Below, in pieces: positions 58,206-64,000 of a stretch of 64,000 bases of DNA. Positions within the stretch are counted from its first letter, which is position 1; every line of letters starts with the position of its first letter. The translations under genes and the position numbers were made by a program. Source of the DNA: a virus; the IMG/VR virus record IMGVR_UViG_3300020463_000013, positions 14,387-78,386 of that record; one strand, 5' to 3'. The notes under the pieces are model-generated. The model saw nothing but the letters and a program-made list of their open reading frames with translations, searched no databases and was not told the origin of the DNA.

Positions 58206-60167
58206 TTGGCTGAAGTAACCTCGCAACAAATAGATCAATTAACCAAGGCTCTCGAAGGACTTGAGAAAAAACTAGCCGGTGGTGGAGGTTCTGGTGGTGG
58301 AGGCGGCGGCGGTGGTGCCGGCGGCGGAGAAAACTATACACGAGAATTAGGTAAGAGTATTAAAACCGCATCAGGTGATTTTATTGGAGCAATGGGCACC
58401 GGCTCAATCTCGCTAACAAAATTAACTGAATCATCTATGGGAATGGTAGAAAAGACCTTACCTGGATTAGGCTCAGTGTTTAAGACAGTCGGTGTTGAGG
58501 CTATCAAATACATGGAACAAAGCCGTACTTCTTTTAATGCCTTGGCTAAAGCAGGTGGAGGGTTTGAAGGTAACTTAGGTGAGCTTAATAGAGCTGCCGC
58601 GGCAACTAGAATGCCGTTAGATGAGTTTACAAACCTAATGGCTAGTAATGCACAAAATCTTACAGCACTTGGCGGCGGAATAAATGAAGGATCGAGAAGA
58701 TTTGCTGAACTAAGTTCGGCAATGTTTGACACTGGCACTATAGATGCGTTTATGAACTTAGGAATGACGCTTGAAGAATCCAATGAATTTTTAATGGATT
58801 CAATTGCACTACAAAGACGTTCGGGTGTATTCCAAAAAATGAATGATGCAGAAAGGGTAAGATCTGCCGCAGAAATGGCAAAATCATTTGATACTCTTTC
58901 AAAACTGACTGGCAAACAAGCTAAAGATATAAAAAATGAATTAATGGAGCGTCAAAATGCAGGTGCTACACAGGCAAAATTACGTTTATTAGAAAAGCAA
59001 GGTGTAGCAGGAGCTACTGACGCTTACAATGCCGCACAAAAAGGATTAGCAGGCGGACCAGCTGTGCTTAGAAACTTAATGGACGACTTGGTGCAAACCG
59101 GTGTGCCAATGAGCAAAGCTACACAGGCATTTGCCGCAACAAACAAAGAAGCCTTTGCACTTGCAAAACAAGCAGCCGAAGCAACAAAACGTGGTGACAC
59201 AGAAGCTGCGGCTAAGTTTTCTGAACAAGCTGCCGCAAAAGCCCTTGAATATGCAAACAGCGAACAAGGTTTAAGACTAGCAACATTATCTCAAGTAAGT
59301 GATATTGCTAAAGGTCAAGCAGACGCACTTGAAGAAGTTGGTGCAACAATTGATGCACTTAATGAAAACGCCAAAAGGATGAAAGATTCTACCGGAGAGT
59401 TAGCAACCACAGCAGAAAGCTATGCAAATCTGTTGAAAAAGATGGCTACTGAAACTGAAAATCAAGTGCAACTTAACAATAAAAATCAACAAGCTCTTAA
59501 ATTTATGAACGAAGCACAAGTAGGATTAGGAAATGCTAGTAAAGTTGCACGTGACGGTTTAGCAGGAGTCATAGAAAGTAATGATACGATTACAACAGCA
59601 TTGGGTAAAGCTGCCAAAGCAATAAATGAAACGTTTAATCCTGAATTATTGAACGGTGCATCACGGGCCCTTACTTCGATTGGATCCGAAGAAAATAGAG
59701 CACAAGAAGCTGAAGCAATTACAGGCAATCCAAATGCATCTGCAGAAGAAGTTGCAAAAACACGTAGAGAAGGAGCAGAAGAAGGTGATATTAAATCTAG
59801 TGTAGACGAAGTTAAAATTACTGACGGAATTTTGGGATGGTTCAAAGGATTTTTTGGCGGAGATAAACCTATTGAGCGAGCAACAGGTGGATCTATCTCT
59901 CCTGGAAACACATATGTCGCAGGTGAACAAGGACCTGAAATAATTACAGATTCTGTAGGATCTGTTATGAATGCCGCACAGACTGCTTCTGCTATAGACA
60001 CAGGAAATCAAAATGCTGGTCAAGATATCACTAAACTTATAGATGCAATGACAACCGCAAATGAACAATTATCAACCCTAATTGCCATAAATACTAGACA
60101 AGCTGTACTTGGCGATAAGCAAATCAAAGCAATTAGAGGTGCAGGCAACCTTATAAAGGGTATATAA
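58206..60167 (+). CDS. Tape-measure-like / baseplate hub protein
   Basis: Long Ala/Lys/Glu helical protein, C-terminal RATGG.I..G..YVAGEQGPEII motif typical of tape-measure tails; TTG start with AGGAG SD. Confidence 0.6.
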   Translation: MAEVTSQQIDQLTKALEGLEKKLAGGGGSGGGGGGGGAGGGENYTRELGKSIKTASGDFIGAMGTGSISLTKLTESSMGMVEKTLPGLGSVFKTVGVEAIKYMEQSRTSFNALAKAGGGFEGNLGELNRAAAATRMPLDEFTNLMASNAQNLTALGGGINEGSRRFAELSSAMFDTGTIDAFMNLGMTLEESNEFLMDSIALQRRSGVFQKMNDAERVRSAAEMAKSFDTLSKLTGKQAKDIKNELMERQNAGATQAKLRLLEKQGVAGATDAYNAAQKGLAGGPAVLRNLMDDLVQTGVPMSKATQAFAATNKEAFALAKQAAEATKRGDTEAAAKFSEQAAAKALEYANSEQGLRLATLSQVSDIAKGQADALEEVGATIDALNENAKRMKDSTGELATTAESYANLLKKMATETENQVQLNNKNQQALKFMNEAQVGLGNASKVARDGLAGVIESNDTITTALGKAAKAINETFNPELLNGASRALTSIGSEENRAQEAEAITGNPNASAEEVAKTRREGAEEGDIKSSVDEVKITDGILGWFKGFFGGDKPIERATGGSISPGNTYVAGEQGPEIITDSVGSVMNAAQTASAIDTGNQNAGQDITKLIDAMTTANEQLSTLIAINTRQAVLGDKQIKAIRGAGNLIKGI

Positions 60168-60170
60168 TAC

Positions 60171-61919
60171 ATGAGTTGGAAAAAATATTTCACACCAATA
60201 GATGCAACAAATAATCCAGACGGTGGTTACAGTGCTATGGGAGGAAGATCTAGTGCTGCAGGAGTTGGTCCAGCACGTTCAAATTATTCTTCCTTTTTAC
60301 CAGATGTGTATGTAGGTTCTCCTAACAGAGTAGAACGCTATGGACAGTATAACACAATGGATATGGATTCAGAAGTCAATGCCGCACTAGATATACTTGC
60401 AGAATTTTGCACACAACAAAGCAAAGAAAATCAAACAAATTTTACATTTAATTTTCATAAAAATGCTACAAATTCAGAAATTACAATACTGGGACAATAT
60501 TTAAAACAGTGGTGTAAAATGAATCAATTCGAAACACGCATGTTTAGAATTTTTCGTAATGTCTTTAAAATGGGCGATGCGTTTTTTATGCGTGATCCAG
60601 AAACAAAAAAATTATTCCATGTTGATCCTGCAAAAGTTACTAAAATAATTGTTAACGAATCAGAAGGCAAAAAACCCGAACAGTATATCGTTAAAGATAT
60701 AAATTTTAATTTTAGAGATTTAGTTGCTACAACACCATATACAACAAGTGGTGATGCTACTGCTCCTGGTAGTCAATATAATATAGGTGGAGCAAGAGGA
60801 CAAGTTGGTAGCACTAACGTATCAAACAGTACAAGATTTAACAAAGAACAAGGTGAAATTGCAATTGATGCTGAACACATGATGCATCTAAGTTTATCAG
60901 AAGGATTAGATAACAATGCACCATTTGGTAATTCATTACTAGAAAGCATTTTTAAAGTTTACAAGCAAAAGGAACTGCTTGAAGATGCAATTATTATATA
61001 TCGTGTACAACGTGCTCCAGAGCGCAGGGTATTCTACGTTGATGTGGGAAACATGCCATCACATCTTGCTATGCAATTTGTTGAACGTGTTAAGACGGAA
61101 ATACATCAAAGGCGTATTCCATCGTCAACAGGCGGAGGCACAAATGTTATAGACAGTTCTTACAATCCGCTGTCAATCAACGAAGATTACTTTTTTCCAC
61201 AAACTGCTGAAGGGCGTGGTTCAAAAGTTGAAACACTTCCAGGCGGTACTAACCTAGGAGAAATTGATGACCTTAGATATTTTACTAATAAGCTCGTACG
61301 CGGTTTGCGAATACCTTCCAGCTATCTCCCTACAGGTGCTGATGAAGGAACTAACGCCTTTCAAGATGGAAGAGTTGGAACTGCTTACATACAAGAATTA
61401 AGATTTAATACATACTGCGAAAGATTACAAAATTTAATAGTAGAAGATTTTAATCAAGAATTTAAAAGATACTTGCTAGAAAAAGGCGTAAACATAGATA
61501 CTAGCATGTTTGATTTAAAATTTTTACCTCCACAAAACTTTGCCGCATACAGGCAATCAGAGCTTGATAATGCAAGAGTACCTACATATCAACAAATGGC
61601 ACAAATACCACATGTATCAAATAGATTTGCAATGAAACGTTTCTTAGGTATGAGTGCAGAAGAGATTGCAGAAAACGAACGTATGTGGAAAGAAGAAAAT
61701 GCAGAAAACATACAACCAATGCCTGATGATGCTGCCGCAGAAATGCGTAGCGTAGGTATTAATTCTGCAGGCATTAGTGCTGATATAGCCGGTGCTGAAG
61801 ATATAGCCGCCGACGGAGCAGACCCAGAAGTTGGAGCAGATGATGCAGGACCAGAAACTGCTACAGGAGATGCTCCTGCCGCCGCAACGCCAGCGCCTGC
61901 AACTGAACAAACGATATAA
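60171..61919 (+). CDS. gp20: Portal vertex protein, T4 gp20-like
   Basis: LEDAIIIYRVQRAPERRVFYVDVGNMP, EDYFFP...GRGSKVETLPGG.NLGEIDD..YF..KL..GLRIP, E.RF. Confidence 0.95.
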   Translation: MSWKKYFTPIDATNNPDGGYSAMGGRSSAAGVGPARSNYSSFLPDVYVGSPNRVERYGQYNTMDMDSEVNAALDILAEFCTQQSKENQTNFTFNFHKNATNSEITILGQYLKQWCKMNQFETRMFRIFRNVFKMGDAFFMRDPETKKLFHVDPAKVTKIIVNESEGKKPEQYIVKDINFNFRDLVATTPYTTSGDATAPGSQYNIGGARGQVGSTNVSNSTRFNKEQGEIAIDAEHMMHLSLSEGLDNNAPFGNSLLESIFKVYKQKELLEDAIIIYRVQRAPERRVFYVDVGNMPSHLAMQFVERVKTEIHQRRIPSSTGGGTNVIDSSYNPLSINEDYFFPQTAEGRGSKVETLPGGTNLGEIDDLRYFTNKLVRGLRIPSSYLPTGADEGTNAFQDGRVGTAYIQELRFNTYCERLQNLIVEDFNQEFKRYLLEKGVNIDTSMFDLKFLPPQNFAAYRQSELDNARVPTYQQMAQIPHVSNRFAMKRFLGMSAEEIAENERMWKEENAENIQPMPDDAAAEMRSVGINSAGISADIAGAEDIAADGADPEVGADDAGPETATGDAPAAATPAPATEQTI

Positions 61920-61922
61920 ATA
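61915..61922 (+). promoter_or_regulatory. T4-type late promoter TATAAATA
   Basis: Exact TATAAATA, 5 nt before ATG 61928. Confidence 0.7.
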
Positions 61923-61927
61923 ATACT

Positions 61928-62176
61928 ATGATACTGAGAGAACTATTTTATTACGATAAAGAAACACTTGAACCTGTAGAAGATAATAGGTACGAGCCTC
62001 TCAGCGATGACAGCATCTTAGATATAGATGACACTAGAAAAACTCGACTTACACTCAACCAAATCAACCGAGCAAGGAAAGCAAGCGAACTACATATAAA
62101 AGAAAAGCAAGAAGAACTTGACTTTATTAGACAGATGTATGGAATAGCCGCACAGCAAGCCGCAGCCGGGATGTAA
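61928..62176 (+). CDS. Small head-module protein
   Basis: 82 aa between the portal and scaffold genes; MILRELF start, DTRKTRLTL motif. Confidence 0.65.
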   Translation: MILRELFYYDKETLEPVEDNRYEPLSDDSILDIDDTRKTRLTLNQINRARKASELHIKEKQEELDFIRQMYGIAAQQAAAGM

Positions 62177-62179
62177 GAT

Positions 62180-62908
62180 TTGGCAAAGATTGACAAGCAT
62201 CAATACACAAAAGAAGAATGGCATCGTATTCGCGATGAGAGGCGTAGACAAAAAGCAATTAAACGCGGCCTAAAACCTCCTCCTATAAAAAATGATCCTC
62301 ATGCAGATGTACCTAGAGATAAGCATCAAGCATTTGTGTTAGGAAATGGTACTAGTAGATCTGAAATAATTCCAGATGAATTAATACCGCATGGAAAAAT
62401 TTATGGTTGTAATGCATTGTACAGAAGTTTTGTTCCTGATTATCTAGTAGCTGTCGATGTAAAAATGGTTCTAGAAATAAACAAAACAAAATATCAGCAT
62501 AAACATCCTGTCTGGACTAATCCTAACAAGGCATATCATTCTATGAAAGAGCTTAATTATTTTCAACCAAGTAAAGGCTGGAGTAGCGGACCGACAGCGT
62601 TGTGGTTTGCAAGTCAACATGGATATGAAAAAATATACATATTAGGATTTGATTATAAAGGTTTAAGTGACGGAAAAAAATTTAACAACATATATGCGGA
62701 TACTCCGAACTATAAAAATAGTTTAGATGGAGCAACATTTTACGGAAATTGGCTAAGACAAACCAAACAAGTTATAAAAGAAAATTCAAATATTCATTAT
62801 ATTCGTGTAAAACTAGCTGATAATTACGAGCCCGAAGAACTAAATATTTTTGCAAATTACAGGACAATTACTGTTGAACAGTTCAAAAAACAGCTAAATC
62901 TTACCTAA
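62180..62908 (+). CDS. Sialyltransferase/Maf (DUF115)-like glycosyltransferase-fold protein
   Basis: FVLGNGTS, IYGCNALY, PDYLVAVD, SSGPTA, IYILGFDY. Confidence 0.55.
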   Translation: MAKIDKHQYTKEEWHRIRDERRRQKAIKRGLKPPPIKNDPHADVPRDKHQAFVLGNGTSRSEIIPDELIPHGKIYGCNALYRSFVPDYLVAVDVKMVLEINKTKYQHKHPVWTNPNKAYHSMKELNYFQPSKGWSSGPTALWFASQHGYEKIYILGFDYKGLSDGKKFNNIYADTPNYKNSLDGATFYGNWLRQTKQVIKENSNIHYIRVKLADNYEPEELNIFANYRTITVEQFKKQLNLT

Positions 62909-62924
62909 TTAATCCTGGTGTAAC

Positions 62925-62963
62925 AAAAACGGCCCGTTTTTGGCGTATTTCTACGCACTTTTT
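62925..62963 (+). terminator. Possible terminator / tandem hairpins
   Basis: AAAAACGG-C-CCGTTTTT palindrome (62925-41), then GCGTA-TTTC-TACGC followed by ACTTTTT. Confidence 0.4.
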
Positions 62964-62974
62964 CTCCTACATAC

Positions 62975-62980
62975 TAAATA
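62975..62980 (+). promoter_or_regulatory. Late promoter core TAAATA
   Basis: CTAAATA upstream of the acidic scaffold-like gene. Confidence 0.55.
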
Positions 62981-63032
62981 CTATTGACAGCCTAGCCATA
63001 GGTAATTTTAAAAACATATACAGGAGAAGAAA

Positions 63033-64000
63033 ATGGCAGATCGTAACAAGTTTGAAGAAATGCTTGAGCGCCTAGTCAATGAAGACAAAGCAGGTGCCGA
63101 AGAGCTATTCCACGAAATCGTGGTAGAAAAATCACGTGATATCTATGAAGGACTACTAGAATCTGATCTAGAGGACGAAGAAGTAGAAGAAACAAAAGAT
63201 GAAGAAGTAGATGAAGCTACTGATGAAGAAGTAGATGAGTCAGACGACGAAGAAGTAGATGAGTCAAAAGATGACGAAGTTGACGAAGCTAAGGATGAAG
63301 AAGTCGACGAAGCTAAAGATGAAGAAGTTGAGGAAGAATTCGACCTTGACGAGTTTGAAGTAGCTGAAGAAGATCCAACAGATGACATGATGGGCGACAT
63401 GGAAATGGACATGGACGGCGGTGACGACATGGATATGGACATGGACGACGAAGGCGGCGATAGCGATGAAGATATTGAAGATCGTGTAGTTGACCTTGAA
63501 GATGCTCTAGATGATCTTAAAGCAGAATTTGAAAAAATGATGTCAGATGAAGATGGCGACGACGAAGGCGGCGACATGGACATGGATGACGAAGGTGACG
63601 AAGGTGACGAAGAAGCTGAAGAAGAGTCTTTTGAACTAGAAGCAACAGACGAAGAAGTTGACGAAGCAAACGACGACGAAGTTGAAGAAGCTAAGTCAGA
63701 CGCTGAACAAATGCGTGAGTATGTTGAAAAAGTTAACGTATCACACAGCGACACAGCAGACAATAAAAAGTCTCCAGTAGCTGGTAAAAATGATATGGGT
63801 GGATCAACATCTAACATTGCATCAGGTAGTTCAGATGAAAAAGGTCGACCTGCACCAACTTCAAAAGAAGATTCCGCTGGAAATAGAAATACTCCAGGCG
63901 GTATGAGTGCCAAAAAAGGCATGAAAAACGAACCTGGTCATGGCGCTGAAAAGAAGTCAAAGCCAGAGACAGCCGACAATAAAAAGCCAATAATTGGCGG
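63033..64000 (+). CDS. Highly acidic prohead core/scaffold-like protein, 3'-truncated (not in ORF track)
   Basis: AGGAG SD at 63022-26, ATG 63033, MADRNKFEEMLERLVNEDKAGAEELFHEIVVEKSRDIYE..., D/E-rich, open to the window end, downstream of the portal. Confidence 0.8.
   Translation, partial: MADRNKFEEMLERLVNEDKAGAEELFHEIVVEKSRDIYEGLLESDLEDEEVEETKDEEVDEATDEEVDESDDEEVDESKDDEVDEAKDEEVDEAKDEEVEEEFDLDEFEVAEEDPTDDMMGDMEMDMDGGDDMDMDMDDEGGDSDEDIEDRVVDLEDALDDLKAEFEKMMSDEDGDDEGGDMDMDDEGDEGDEEAEEESFELEATDEEVDEANDDEVEEAKSDAEQMREYVEKVNVSHSDTADNKKSPVAGKNDMGGSTSNIASGSSDEKGRPAPTSKEDSAGNRNTPGGMSAKKGMKNEPGHGAEKKSKPETADNKKPIIG
63174..63341 (+). repeat. Seven 24-bp coding tandem repeats (DEEVDExx)
   Basis: DEEVEETK DEEVDEAT DEEVDESD DEEVDESK DDEVDEAK DEEVDEAK DEEVEEEF. 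Confidence 0.85.

Noticed and set aside
58334-60068. Long antisense ORFs (58334..58915, 59486..60001, 59661..60068) and similar short opposite-strand ORFs across the window
   Set aside because: Fully nested opposite well-supported genes, with no SD or motifs; expected codon-bias shadows.
63174-63341. CRISPR-like array
   Set aside because: Degenerate in-frame 24-bp coding repeats with no spacers and no cas genes.
63143-63922. 259-aa Ser-rich minus-strand ORF
   Set aside because: Antisense shadow of the GAN-rich acidic gene starting at 63033, which has an SD and a late promoter.
1-64000. Stop-codon reassignment
   Set aside because: Conserved genes are full length in code 11, and TAA, TAG and TGA all occur as stops at tight gene junctions.

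Overview
The window is an AT-rich, densely coded 64-kb segment of a large T4-like (probably jumbo) myovirus genome. No host genes, tRNAs or CRISPR arrays were seen. (i) 1-11.4 kb (+): an enzymatic modification cluster with four radical SAM ORFs (one fused to a QueC-like PP-loop domain), a separate QueC-like protein, a DegT aminotransferase, a carbamoyltransferase, a methyltransferase-like protein, a nitroreductase-like protein, a cysteine-hydrolase-like protein and an SGNH-like protein. (ii) 11.4-18.8 kb (-): three tandem SGNH-like paralogues, four glycosyltransferase-like genes and another radical SAM gene, directly downstream of the tail genes. (iii) 18.9-51.3 kb (-): tail fibre/baseplate module with three paralogous fibre-like proteins, a 4967-aa virion protein, and gp6-, gp25-, gp5(+GH19)-, hub-, gp53- and gp48/54-like genes. 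(iv) 51.3-55.7 kb (+): gp55 late sigma factor, gp47/gp46 (Mre11/Rad50) and a GIY-YIG nuclease. (v) 55.67-56.03 kb: a GC-rich, pseudoknot-capable non-coding element right behind the GIY-YIG gene. (vi) 56-64 kb: a gp26-like gene with a candidate -1 frameshift into an unannotated gp51-like ORF, a tape-measure-like gene, portal gp20, and an acidic scaffold-like gene running off the end. T4-type late promoters (TAAATA) and near-consensus sigma70 promoters are visible in the intergenic gaps. The best candidates for something new are the GIY-YIG + structured RNA cassette, the gp26/gp51 frameshift and the radical-SAM/QueC/glycosyl modification system. All family calls come from motif recognition by eye, not database searches.
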